A stretch of DNA of 64,000 nucleotides from Candidatus Woesearchaeota archaeon (lineage in GTDB: Archaea > Nanobdellota > Nanobdellia > Woesearchaeales > WJIZ01), in NCBI GenBank assembly GCA_018303125.1, contig JAGVYS010000003.1, forward strand, positions 637 to 64,636, written 5' to 3'. This document shows, piece by piece, positions 10,416 to 19,425 of this stretch. The translations under genes were made by a program, and so were the position numbers. Every line of letters begins with the position of its first letter. Position 1 is the first letter of the stretch. The notes under the pieces are model-generated. The model ran no database searches. It was not told the origin of the DNA and saw only the letters and a list, made by a program, of their open reading frames with translations.

Positions 10416-11186
10416 ATGGGTTTCAGGGAAACAGCTATAAGGGCTGCCAAGGAAGCAGGCAAGATTCATCTTAAGTATTTCAGGAAAAAATTTGAGATAA
10501 GATATAAGGCATACAAGCATAATAGGGTAACTATCGCAGATACGGAAGCAGAGAAAAAGATTGTTTCAGAAATAAGGAAAGAGTACCCTTCGCATAATAT
10601 CCTGGCAGAAGAGGCAGAATATCCAAGGACAGGCTCAGAATACCTCTGGGTGATAGACCCTCTTGACGGCACGAACAATTTCAGCAAGGGCATTCCTGTT
10701 TTTTGCGTTTCAATAGCGCTTGCTAAAGATAATGAGCTGATTCTCGGTGTTATCTATGACCCGACAAGAAATGAGCTTTTTGTTGCTGAGAAGGGCAAAG
10801 GCGCATTCCTGAACGGCAAAAGAATAAAGGTTTCAGGAAGCTCACAGCTGCATGACAGCATTCTTCTGACAGGTTTTTACTATGACAGGGGAAAGCCAAT
10901 GTTCTCTACGCTTGCAAGCATGCAGGAATTTTTCCTGAAGGATGTAATAGGCATAAGGTGCACAGGCAGCGCAGCCCTTGATCTCTGCAGCGTAGCTTCC
11001 GGTAGGGTAGATGGCTTCTGGGAATTCAAGCTTAACGCATGGGACTTTGCTGCCGGAAAGCTTCTTGTGGAAGAAGCAAATGGAAAGGTTACCGGCAGGA
11101 AAGGGGAAGGAATTGCAATTGGTGAGTCTTACATAGTCGCATCAAATAAAAAAATCCATGGCAAAATGCTTGATATTCTCAAATAA
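10416..11186 (+). CDS. suhB: Inositol monophosphatase family protein
   Basis: AEE, WVIDPLDGTNNF, GSAALDLC, WDFAAG motifs. Confidence 0.92.
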   Translation: MGFRETAIRAAKEAGKIHLKYFRKKFEIRYKAYKHNRVTIADTEAEKKIVSEIRKEYPSHNILAEEAEYPRTGSEYLWVIDPLDGTNNFSKGIPVFCVSIALAKDNELILGVIYDPTRNELFVAEKGKGAFLNGKRIKVSGSSQLHDSILLTGFYYDRGKPMFSTLASMQEFFLKDVIGIRCTGSAALDLCSVASGRVDGFWEFKLNAWDFAAGKLLVEEANGKVTGRKGEGIAIGESYIVASNKKIHGKMLDILK

Positions 11187-11189
11187 TAT

Positions 11190-11229
11190 GCTATTTATTT
11201 TCTATATTAAAAATAATTAAGGAAAAAAT
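11190..11229. repeat. 40-bp direct repeat copy 1
   Basis: GCTATTTATTTTCTATATTAAAAATAATTAAGGAAAAAAT. Confidence 0.9.
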
Positions 11230-11237
11230 AAGAAAAA

Positions 11238-11495
11238 TCAATAAACTCTATCCCTTTTGTCTATCTTGAAGACGATTATCTTATTCTCTGGATAGTTTAT
11301 TCGATAGAGTGCTCTATAATCACCAATCCTTAGCCTGAATACATTATGCTCGCCAACAATTCTTTTCGCATCGTGTGGCACGGCATTATTTTGCAATTGC
11401 TCATCAATCCTGTCAAGAATTCTCTTAACGGAATTTTTATCAAGCTTCTTCAGAAATTTTACTGGCTGCTTATCGTAATTAATCTCAAAACTCAT
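11238..11495 (-). CDS. relE: RelE/ParE family toxin
   Basis: 85 aa, KFLKKLD...RI...FRLRIGDYRALY...I..R.RVY. Confidence 0.9.
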   Translation of the reverse strand: MSFEINYDKQPVKFLKKLDKNSVKRILDRIDEQLQNNAVPHDAKRIVGEHNVFRLRIGDYRALYRINYPENKIIVFKIDKRDRVY

Positions 11496-11710
11496 AATCC
11501 GAGCGCCTTTCGCAGATTCTTGGCTGAAGTAAGCTTTGATTGTTTTTCATTTATTCGGCTTTCCTGTAGAAGCTCAGACTCTTCAATACTCAAGAACATA
11601 TCTTTATCCGGCATATTTTCCTTTATTGCATGAATCTCGGATTTTATAAGGTTGATATCATGCATTATTTGTTTTATTTCGGCTTCCATGCTTTTAGAAG
11701 TGTATTTCAT
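11492..11710 (-). CDS. Probable cognate antitoxin
   Basis: 72-aa ORF immediately upstream of relE with 4-nt overlap, acidic patch LSIEESELLQES. Confidence 0.75.
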   Translation of the reverse strand: MKYTSKSMEAEIKQIMHDINLIKSEIHAIKENMPDKDMFLSIEESELLQESRINEKQSKLTSAKNLRKALGL

Positions 11711-11730
11711 GTATTTATATTTATTGTGCT

Positions 11731-11770
11731 GCTATTTACTTTCTATATTGAAAATAATTAAGGAAAAAAA
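11731..11770. repeat. 40-bp direct repeat copy 2
   Basis: GCTATTTACTTTCTATATTGAAAATAATTAAGGAAAAAAA. Confidence 0.9.
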
Positions 11771-11845
11771 CTTGCTTATGTATGGCTGAAATATTTTTAA
11801 GAATACAGATAGATTTAAATATCAGTTGTCATTTTTATCTATCAA

Positions 11846-12364
11846 ATGATAAAAAAATCTACCATAGAAGAGATATTGGGCATTTTCTTCATGCATCCTA
11901 CCAGAGAATTCCACATCAGGGAATTTTCCAGGGTAAGCGGCTTTTCAATGCCAACTATAGTTTCAGCTATGAATGAGCTTGCTCGAAATAAGCTTATCAC
12001 GAAAATAAGCCAGCGTGGCCTTACCCTGGTTAAGGCAAATAGGGAATATGCTGTCTTTACAAGGCTGAAGCTTGTTTCAAACCTTGAACGAGTCTACCTA
12101 TCGGGGATTATTGACTACCTATCCCGGATTTATTCACACCCTCAGCTCATAATACTCTTCGGAAGCTATGCAAGGGGAGAAGACATTGAAAGCTCTGATG
12201 TGGACATAGCCATAAAGTCATCAAGGCATATTGACGCTGATTTTTCAAAATACGACAAATATCTCGGCAGGAAAATAGCAATCCATGAGTTCGATGAGAA
12301 AATCCTCTCAGTGGAATTTCTTGCAAACTTGCACAACGGCAAGGTGCTGGAGGGCACATGGTAA
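11846..12364 (+). CDS. wHTH + minimal nucleotidyltransferase (MNT antitoxin)
   Basis: N-terminal HTH (FHIREFSRVSGFSMPTI), LFGSYARGE...SDVDIAI. Confidence 0.88.
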   Translation: MIKKSTIEEILGIFFMHPTREFHIREFSRVSGFSMPTIVSAMNELARNKLITKISQRGLTLVKANREYAVFTRLKLVSNLERVYLSGIIDYLSRIYSHPQLIILFGSYARGEDIESSDVDIAIKSSRHIDADFSKYDKYLGRKIAIHEFDEKILSVEFLANLHNGKVLEGTW

Positions 12365-12789
12365 AAGAATTTGGACATTTTATCCGAAGAGGCGACGTGA
12401 AGAAGCAGTCTGTAGATATCAGGTTATCCCAAGCCACTTTCAGGGAAAGCGCGGAAAGGATAGTCCTCGCAGCACACTTGCTTCGCATATCAAAGCCGAA
12501 ATATGCGCTGGAGAATGCATATGAATTAATGAGGGAGGCAGCGGATGCGCTCTTATATGCTGATGGCTATAAGTCTTACTCTCATGAGGCTTCCATAATC
12601 TACCTTCTTGAAAATGATTTTTCTGAGCATGATGTTCTTGAGTTTGACAGGTACAGGAAAATCCGGAACAGCATCAAATAATATGGTGAAAACTGTGGTA
12701 AAGAGGATGCTGAGGCATGCATTACACTTGCAAGAAAAGTCATCTCTAAAATACAGGTTCTTTTGCAGGGCAAAAACAAGCAGGAATAG
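12358..12789 (+). pseudogene. HEPN-domain toxin interrupted by in-frame TAA at 12679-12681
   Basis: AYELMREAADALL...SH...RKIRNSIK*YGENCGKEDAEAC...QE*; frame stays open 35 codons past the stop. Confidence 0.75.
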
Positions 12790-12804
12790 GTTGTACATTT
12801 TATT

Positions 12805-12844
12805 GCTATTTTCTTTCTATATTGAAAATAATTAAGGAAAAAAA
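12805..12844. repeat. 40-bp direct repeat copy 3 (left border of island)
   Basis: GCTATTTTCTTTCTATATTGAAAATAATTAAGGAAAAAAA. Confidence 0.9.
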
Positions 12845-12870
12845 TATTTTTAGAGAAAGATAAAGCATTC

Positions 12871-12898
12871 AGGAGCTAACCATGTAAGATTAGCTCCT
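12871..12898 (-). terminator. Hairpin closing the island transcript
   Basis: AGGAGCTAA...TTAGCTCCT 9-bp inverted repeat 20 nt after the cupin stop, followed by U-rich sequence on the minus strand. Confidence 0.5.
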
Positions 12899-12918
12899 CA
12901 CAAACATCACTGAGTTTT

Positions 12919-13284
12919 TTAGGTGGCGCTTTCGTCCTTAACTAAGCGAATTTCTTCGACTTCCGGAGATGGCGCTGTGTCATCCTGCCAAGTAGCAATG
13001 CAGCCTGCCTCTGCAAATAGAGTAATCCTGCACTCCTCCCCTGTAGCCTTAAACCCGTGCCACACCTCTGCAGGGATAACTAAGACCTGTCCAGCCATAA
13101 TCTTTTCATTCGTTCCGCTCTCTTTAAGGAGATTACATGTTCCTTTCTGCACGGCGAATATTTTGACGCCGTTGTTCTTATGCAGCTCTATCCTCTGCTC
13201 AGGAGTGAGAGTTATGACCTTTACATCAAACCCAGTAAGGCGTGATAACATCTCTGAAACGATTTTCGTTAGTTTGAAACTCAT
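12919..13284 (-). CDS. Cupin domain protein
   Basis: LTPEQRIELHK...VQKG...GQVLVIPAEVWHGF cupin motifs; SD GAGGT. Confidence 0.8.
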   Translation of the reverse strand: MSFKLTKIVSEMLSRLTGFDVKVITLTPEQRIELHKNNGVKIFAVQKGTCNLLKESGTNEKIMAGQVLVIPAEVWHGFKATGEECRITLFAEAGCIATWQDDTAPSPEVEEIRLVKDESAT

Positions 13285-13303
13285 AAGTACCTCGTTAGGT
13301 TAA

Positions 13304-13507
13304 TCAGCCAGTAACACAAGGTATTCTGGCCAATCGTTTAATGTTGTTGAGCTCATTCCTCCTTGTCCGCCTGTCTTTTTGCCTTTCGGCAAGCATTTTC
13401 AGCCTTTTTCGGCGTGGTGGTTTTTTGAGCCTTTTGTGATTACCATTTCTTTTCCATCTCTCTTTTTTTTCGTGATTTTTCATTGCTTTTTTGTATCCGA
13501 CCCGCAC
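13304..13507 (-). CDS. Small highly basic protein
   Basis: 67 aa, very Lys/Arg rich; GTG start preceded by GAGGT. Confidence 0.5.
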   Translation of the reverse strand: MRVGYKKAMKNHEKKERWKRNGNHKRLKKPPRRKRLKMLAERQKDRRTRRNELNNIKRLARIPCVTG

Positions 13508-13561
13508 AAGGATGCTACCTCACTGGATAGCAATTAATCCTTGCTGGGGCTGGAGAATTGG

Positions 13562-14431
13562 TTAGACGTCGCAGAGCTTGATTGCCTGTGCGAGTCCCTT
13601 CTTTGCGTCTCCTGTCGGGATGAACTCGTGGCCGACGAAGCCTTTGTAACCGACATCCACAAGGGCTCGCATCACCGCAGGGTAGCTAATCTCTTGTGCA
13701 TTTGGATCCAGTTCCCCTCTTCCCGGGCATCCCGCAGTGTGGACATGGCCAAGCAAGGCAGCGCATTGGCGTATGCGCCGGATGACATCTCCATGCATGA
13801 CTTGGACATGGTAGATGTCAAACAGTAACCGAACCCAAGGGGAATTTACATAGGTGACAATCTCGGCGCAGACAGCAAGATCGTTTCCCCAATATCCTGG
13901 GTGGCCTTTCATTGGGTGAGTGTTGTCACGCGTGTTCAGATGCTCCAAGCACACTACCACCTTTTTTTGCTCAGCGAGAGACACCAGTTTTTTCAAGCCA
14001 ACTACGCACGTTTTGATGCCTTCGGCGACACCGATTTCGTCACCAAGCGGTTCTGTCGGGGAAGTCTCGCTCCCATCGAACTTGCGTCCGTATCCAGTGA
14101 ACACCACCGTAGCCGGAAATCCAGCATCTCCAAGGGATTTGATGTTCTCACCGACCTTCGCGATGAGCGCTTCATGGTTCGCACGGTCGTTCCACCCGCG
14201 CACGAAAGGAGGCTCTTTGTCCTTGATGGCAACAGGCAAACCAATGGCGCAGATCAAGCCATGCTTCTCGAGCACAGGAAAATCCGCAGGCGAAACCAGT
14301 TCTACGCTCTTTGCCCCAAGTCGCTTTGCGTTCTGGCAGAGCTCATCAAGGGTCATTTTTCCATCCCCGGTGAAGCACCACCCAGCAACTGAGTGGTTTA
14401 TCCTGTCTTTGAGTTTTGTTTTTTTATTCAT
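13562..14431 (-). CDS. Hydroxypyruvate isomerase-like TIM barrel (AP_endonuc_2)
   Basis: HSVAGWCF, CLEHLN, LLFDIYHVQVMHGD, GHVHTAGCPGRGE, GFVGHEFIP. Confidence 0.88.
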   Translation of the reverse strand: MNKKTKLKDRINHSVAGWCFTGDGKMTLDELCQNAKRLGAKSVELVSPADFPVLEKHGLICAIGLPVAIKDKEPPFVRGWNDRANHEALIAKVGENIKSLGDAGFPATVVFTGYGRKFDGSETSPTEPLGDEIGVAEGIKTCVVGLKKLVSLAEQKKVVVCLEHLNTRDNTHPMKGHPGYWGNDLAVCAEIVTYVNSPWVRLLFDIYHVQVMHGDVIRRIRQCAALLGHVHTAGCPGRGELDPNAQEISYPAVMRALVDVGYKGFVGHEFIPTGDAKKGLAQAIKLCDV

Positions 14432-14656
14432 GATGTTTAATGATTTGATTTTTCTCCCAAGCACCTTAGCTATTGATGCCTGAGTCTTGGAAAGCCCAAA
14501 CTGATTTGTCCAAGCTATCCGCTTGCCCTCACGCGAATGAGAACAAGTGAGTTGTTAGCAACTCATGGCAACGCCCACTCATGCAGACTTGGGCGTTGTT
14601 GATGAACTGCTTTTGGGTTACCAGCCCGAATAGGTAATATATCTATTGAAACTCTT

Positions 14657-14833
14657 TTACGAGAATTTTCTGTTGCATTTCTGACATTTTACTTCTGTTG
14701 TGCCTTCCGAGTCACCTTTTAGAGAGACCACAAGGAATTGCGCAGTCAAGCAGCAATCGCACCTGCCGTCTCCCGAAAGGATGTGAATAGTACCATTTCC
14801 ACAGATAAGAATTGGACTAGGTTTTTCGTTCAT
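14657..14833 (-). CDS. Putative Zn-ribbon microprotein (58 aa)
   Basis: Below ORF-track cutoff; MNEKPSPILICGNGTIHILSGDGRCDCCLTAQFLVVSLKGDSEGTTEVKCQKCNRKFS, two CxxC motifs, SD AAAGGAGAGG. Confidence 0.6.
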   Translation of the reverse strand: MNEKPSPILICGNGTIHILSGDGRCDCCLTAQFLVVSLKGDSEGTTEVKCQKCNRKFS

Positions 14834-14855
14834 AACCTCTCCTTTGATACACAGG

Positions 14856-16313
14856 TTATTGTTTTCCGAGACTCTTTCTTATGGCTGTCCAGCCGTCGAA
14901 TCTTTCAACGACCTGAGTGGGAATCCAAGAGGGTTTGATGGGCTTCAGCCTGCAGAGATGCTCCTGAATTTCCCCTACTCCTCTCTTAGTTGCGCTGGCA
15001 AGTGCGGCAATGAGCGCACCCTTGGCACAATTGAAGCCGCTGCCTTCTGCCTTGAGCACCTCTAATTTTCTGCCATTCGCCAGTTGGTATATCAAGCCCT
15101 GGATGATGGAAGAGTTAGCCAAGTCACCTGTAAGGCAGACTTTGGTGATGCCTGCGTCCAGCATAGGGATAGCCCTCTCCCACATCCCGAAGGTAATGGA
15201 CTGAAGGACGCTGATTGCCCAGTCGTTGAGTGCTGCATCCGAAGGCGCGTTGTGGACAGTGAACCCAGTATTAGTGGGCAAAAACCGCTCGAGAAGGGTA
15301 TCATCCAGATAGAAGAATGGCTTGCCACTCATTGCTAGCCTGTCGAGCGTCTTGTCCACATTATCATTGGATTTAGTTTTTGCCTTGATAGCGACTCGCA
15401 TGCACCCCTTGAAGGATGTCCACGCCAAGCCACTGTTGACAAGGATAGTGAGCAGGAAGACCTTGCCGAAGTCGTCGAAACGGTGATACTGGCCATCATG
15501 CGTCCACGAGTCATTGGTTGCAGTGCCAGTTCCTGACGAGCCAAAAGATAGGGTTACGGCATCATTCGGAGAGCCAAGCCCTGTTTTGCCGGAATGGTTG
15601 TCTGCCAGAGGAGAGTGATAAACGCATTGGCTTCCCAATCCAAGTGATCCTGCAAATTCCGTGTTGCAGTTTCCAACAACATTTCCCGTAGCCACCACTT
15701 CTGGAATGATTTCGGGGTTTAGGCCTAGCGCCCTAAAGACCTCTACAGCCACTTTCCCATCCCTGGTGAGGATGTTATTGCACATTCCGTCTGACCTGCT
15801 GAGCACCAACTTGCCTGTCAGCAGATACCCAAGATAGTCCGCAAGAGTGCATATCCATCTGACTTTTTTCCAGACATCCGGCATTTTTTTCGAGAACCAG
15901 TATGCCTTTGCCAGGATCAAGCCAGAATAGACATCGTTTCCTGTAATCCCCCTGATATCTGCTTTTCCCTTAATCTCATCAACCATGTCGGCAGCACGTT
16001 CATCACACCAGAGGACTGCCCCAGCATGCACAGGTGCATAATCGACGTCCAAGAGAACAAGGGAATGTTGAAACTGTCCAACGCACAGGTGTGTTACTGC
16101 CTTGGCTTTTTCCCCAAGAATGCCACGAAGAGTCTCAGCCAATTTTGAGATGTCAAATTCATGTCGCTTCTCAGGGAGGTTTCCCACTTTAGGCGTTGCG
16201 ATTGAAGCGCCATTTGTGAGACCGGTTGTGCTGTCATAGAAGACAGCTGCACAGGATGTTGTGCCGAAATCTATCCCGGCAACAACTCCACTTACATTTA
16301 TTTTCTTTTTCAT
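14856..16313 (-). CDS. FGGY-family carbohydrate kinase (xylulokinase-like)
   Basis: GIDFGTTS, GQFQHSLVLLD, VLWCDERA, DYLGYLLTG, ADN, SFGSSG; divergent C-terminal half. Confidence 0.85.
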   Translation of the reverse strand: MKKKINVSGVVAGIDFGTTSCAAVFYDSTTGLTNGASIATPKVGNLPEKRHEFDISKLAETLRGILGEKAKAVTHLCVGQFQHSLVLLDVDYAPVHAGAVLWCDERAADMVDEIKGKADIRGITGNDVYSGLILAKAYWFSKKMPDVWKKVRWICTLADYLGYLLTGKLVLSRSDGMCNNILTRDGKVAVEVFRALGLNPEIIPEVVATGNVVGNCNTEFAGSLGLGSQCVYHSPLADNHSGKTGLGSPNDAVTLSFGSSGTGTATNDSWTHDGQYHRFDDFGKVFLLTILVNSGLAWTSFKGCMRVAIKAKTKSNDNVDKTLDRLAMSGKPFFYLDDTLLERFLPTNTGFTVHNAPSDAALNDWAISVLQSITFGMWERAIPMLDAGITKVCLTGDLANSSIIQGLIYQLANGRKLEVLKAEGSGFNCAKGALIAALASATKRGVGEIQEHLCRLKPIKPSWIPTQVVERFDGWTAIRKSLGKQ

Positions 16314-16413
16314 TTTTATTTTATTTGTTTAAACTGAAGTCCAATCCCTTCCCAGAGGAAAATCTCCCCAGAAGAAATTCCAATGGAAATGGAAAGGGCT
16401 TGGAGGTAATGAT

Positions 16414-17601
16414 TCAATTGATGCTGGAGATGTCCACTTTGGCGCCGCCCTGCTCTGCACTCAACAAGGATGCTTGCAGAACACGTTGAGTGTGCATTGT
16501 GGACTGGATCGTTGCAAAAGTGTCCGTATGCAATGGTTTCTGTCCAGCCACTTTGAGGAGGAATTCCAGCAGCAGGAAGATGAAGGTGTGCTCATACCCG
16601 ATGTTGTGTCCCTCTGGCCAGCAATTACTCACGTAGGGGTGACCCTTTTGAGAAACGTCGATTGTTTTCCAGCCTCGTGTCAGCTTGTTCTCGGTGTAGT
16701 CCACCCAATGCAATTCAGTGAGGCTTTCGAGACTCCATGTCAATCTCCCTTTGGTGCCGTCAATCTCGATGAGATTATCGTTGTTGCTTCCAGCGGACGT
16801 TCGTGTTGCCTCGAACGTGGCAATGAGACCCTTCTTCGATCGGCCATTGAACAACGAGATGTCATCGACATCGCTCGCAAGCGTCTTTGGGACATCTGCT
16901 GATTTTTCGTTCCATTCAGGGTTTGGTCGTTGCTGCCAGACAGTTTGCGTGTAGCCACCGCTCACCGACTCCAACTCGTCCTGACAGAGCAACACGAACA
17001 GGTCGATGATGTGCGCATTGAGATCACCATGCGCACCAGATCCGCAGATGTCTTTCAAGAACCGCCACACCCTTGGGCAACTTTCGTCACCCCATTGCTG
17101 GAGATATTTAGCGCGGAAGCGCAGGATTTTCCCAATCAATGTGATGAACTGCAACAGGGCGAATACCACTGCAGGGGTAAAGCGGTAATTGTGCCAGACC
17201 GCATTATGCACTCCTTTATCGGAGGCAGTTTTCGCTGCCTGAACCATCCGGCTAGCCCCTTGCAGGGTGTTTGAGAGGGGCTTCTCTGTCAATGTGTGCT
17301 TTCCTACCTCCAAAGCACTCACAGCGATGTCTGCGTGGCTGTCGTTGGAGGTTGCAACGTCCACCAGATGAATTTCAGCGTTGTCGAAGACATACTTCGG
17401 ATCGGTTGTCCAATTCTGCCATCCCTGTTCTCTAGCGAACTTTTCAACCGCATCTTCTCTTCGTCCCACCACCGTGTGGAGGACTACTTCGAATGGCGTT
17501 TCTTCTGGGAAAAAATACCCGACTTGCCGAAGCGCATTACTATGCGCCCGTCCCATAAAACCGTGACCATACATGGCCACATTTAGTTTAGGTTTACTCA
17601 T
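16414..17601 (-). CDS. Gfo/Idh/MocA oxidoreductase (levoglucosan/glycoside 3-dehydrogenase-like)
   Basis: GHGFMGRAHS, EKPL, NYRFTPA, YLQQW, GSGAHGDLNAHIID, DVDD, FEATR, GHNIGYEHTF. Confidence 0.9.
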   Translation of the reverse strand: MSKPKLNVAMYGHGFMGRAHSNALRQVGYFFPEETPFEVVLHTVVGRREDAVEKFAREQGWQNWTTDPKYVFDNAEIHLVDVATSNDSHADIAVSALEVGKHTLTEKPLSNTLQGASRMVQAAKTASDKGVHNAVWHNYRFTPAVVFALLQFITLIGKILRFRAKYLQQWGDESCPRVWRFLKDICGSGAHGDLNAHIIDLFVLLCQDELESVSGGYTQTVWQQRPNPEWNEKSADVPKTLASDVDDISLFNGRSKKGLIATFEATRTSAGSNNDNLIEIDGTKGRLTWSLESLTELHWVDYTENKLTRGWKTIDVSQKGHPYVSNCWPEGHNIGYEHTFIFLLLEFLLKVAGQKPLHTDTFATIQSTMHTQRVLQASLLSAEQGGAKVDISSIN

Positions 17602-17711
17602 GGATTAGTTGTCTTTCTTCCCGGAATTGTTTTTTCTGAGAAGCCCATCACGTGTTTGGGCCTTAATTGCTTTCCAAGATGTTCCGGGTTGCCATCAAGA
17701 AAAGCAATCAT
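17598..17711 (-). CDS. Possible 37-aa leader ORF coupled to the oxidoreductase
   Basis: AAGGAGG-AT-ATG start (short spacing); stop overlaps the next ATG (ATGA). SD lies inside a hairpin. Confidence 0.3.
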   Translation of the reverse strand: MIAFLDGNPEHLGKQLRPKHVMGFSEKTIPGRKTTNP

Positions 17712-17956
17712 ATCCTCCTTCAAACAGGAAGGAGAAATTTCAGCATAGCTGCTGAAGGCAGCACACTCCAATGAAGCAAGTGGGCTGTTATTCAACATCT
17801 AATTGCCAGCCATGGGACGCACTCACAGCCTGTAAGTGCACGACCATCCCAAAACAATATGGTCTATCCCATGCTGGCAAAGTTAATGCTCGCCATATTC
17901 ATCCCTTTGCCTTATGGCAGCGTTTGGCTTAGGGAATCCTATGGCTGGCCGATTGT

Positions 17957-19042
17957 TCAGTTATTCTTGGCCATGGCCTCTTGATGTGAGATACCAGAAG
18001 TGAAGAGGATGTTGCTTCTGGCATGGCGTCCTGCGACCACGGCGGCGTTATCTTCGTCTTTGTCACTTGTTAAATGCAACGCTAGCATTTTTCCGTCCTC
18101 GTGCTCAAGCGCAACTTCATCGAAACTGAACTCTCCTTCTCTGAGAGCGACCTGGACGTCTCGATAATCTCCGTCACTCCAATGCAGAGAGATGTACTCG
18201 TCACCCCTTCTTCCACTCGGGTCGTCCAAGTGATGAGGAGAGTGTGTCGAACGAACACCGCCGTGCTGGCACTTCGCACCCTTTAGGTGTTCAGCATCGA
18301 TTGACCCGGGCGCTTCCTCGTTGATGAACCGTACACCATCGCCATTCAGCATGCCCTGTTTGATGAAATGAGAGTGGTCATAGAGGTACCCAAACCCATC
18401 ATCTGCCACAGCTTTGTGCAACTCAACTGCACTGTAGGGTTCCCACGCAGATTCTCCCTTATGAATTTCCAACCTGGCCTTCTTGATTCCGTGGGCCTTG
18501 AAGATACCAACAGCTTGCCGAATGCGGCCAGCTTCCCAATCCAAGCGAGACTTCCGTTCATCATCTGGCAGACCAGGGAACTCACGAAGTGAATCTTCGT
18601 AGATGGACGAGCCGCAGAACCAATTGATCTTGGTGATTCCAGCGGCCTGACAGCCAGCGGCGATGAGCTGGATTTCATCCATGGTAGCAGCCTGAATGGC
18701 TTGGGCATCAGGCTTTCCATTGGCCTCTTTCCACATGTGGACAGGCAGAAATTGCTTGAAGCCACTGTGAATCGATGTCGCATTCAGGCACATCGTGATA
18801 GGGTGTACGCTGACGCTGAGAACAGCAAGCTCGCCAACAGTTCCTTTCCATTCGTCTAGGCATTCCTTTCCACTCCTCTGGCCATTACCATTGACGAAAT
18901 GGTGGTATGGGAAGTGATCCCGTCCAGGTTGGATGCCATCAAAAACCAAGTTGCCGTCCGGCATCTTTGTTCGCCTGAGCTTGCTAACTAACTCAGCGAG
19001 AGTCCATGCAGCGAACTGCAATGATACTAGTGTGAATTTCAT
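17957..19042 (-). CDS. Sugar phosphate isomerase/epimerase TIM barrel (IolE / 3-keto-glycoside eliminase-like)
   Basis: FDGIQ..DHF, LEIH, YDHSH, EHLKG, LEHED metal-ligand pattern. Confidence 0.75.
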   Translation of the reverse strand: MKFTLVSLQFAAWTLAELVSKLRRTKMPDGNLVFDGIQPGRDHFPYHHFVNGNGQRSGKECLDEWKGTVGELAVLSVSVHPITMCLNATSIHSGFKQFLPVHMWKEANGKPDAQAIQAATMDEIQLIAAGCQAAGITKINWFCGSSIYEDSLREFPGLPDDERKSRLDWEAGRIRQAVGIFKAHGIKKARLEIHKGESAWEPYSAVELHKAVADDGFGYLYDHSHFIKQGMLNGDGVRFINEEAPGSIDAEHLKGAKCQHGGVRSTHSPHHLDDPSGRRGDEYISLHWSDGDYRDVQVALREGEFSFDEVALEHEDGKMLALHLTSDKDEDNAAVVAGRHARSNILFTSGISHQEAMAKNN

Positions 19043-19425
19043 AGTTTTGCTTTCCTTCTAGACAATATTGCAGACAACCTTTAGCCTTTTTCCTTTTTTA
19101 GCTTTAGTTGCCCCTACAAACTCTTTTCAGAGAACCGCCAGTTGTCTCTTCAGGCAGTTTTTGATCCACTCCCACATGCATAATGGGACTGGTAATTTTT
19201 CCGAGTGATTTCTCGAATTTTGCGAGTTTATTCTCGACGCCTTCAAACAAAGACGATTTTATCCATCTCATTCGAGACAGACTTTTTCAGTGTGTAACCA
19301 CTGAAGGCAGCCCTCAGATAATAGAGGCCAAGTAGGCATACTTTCTAAGGGCTGTTGTTCGGGGGTTAATTTAGTTACTTCTCCGAGCACCATTTCTGGT
19401 GAGTGGACTTATTATCGGATGTGGA

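Noticed and set aside
12679..12681. Stop-codon recoding (Sec/Pyl or alternative code) in the HEPN gene
   Set aside because: Codon is TAA, which terminates many genes in this window; a point mutation or sequencing error is simpler.
19043..19425. Small ORFs (23 and 55 aa) in an island spacer
   Set aside because: No convincing SD or motif; could be a decayed gene but cannot be supported.
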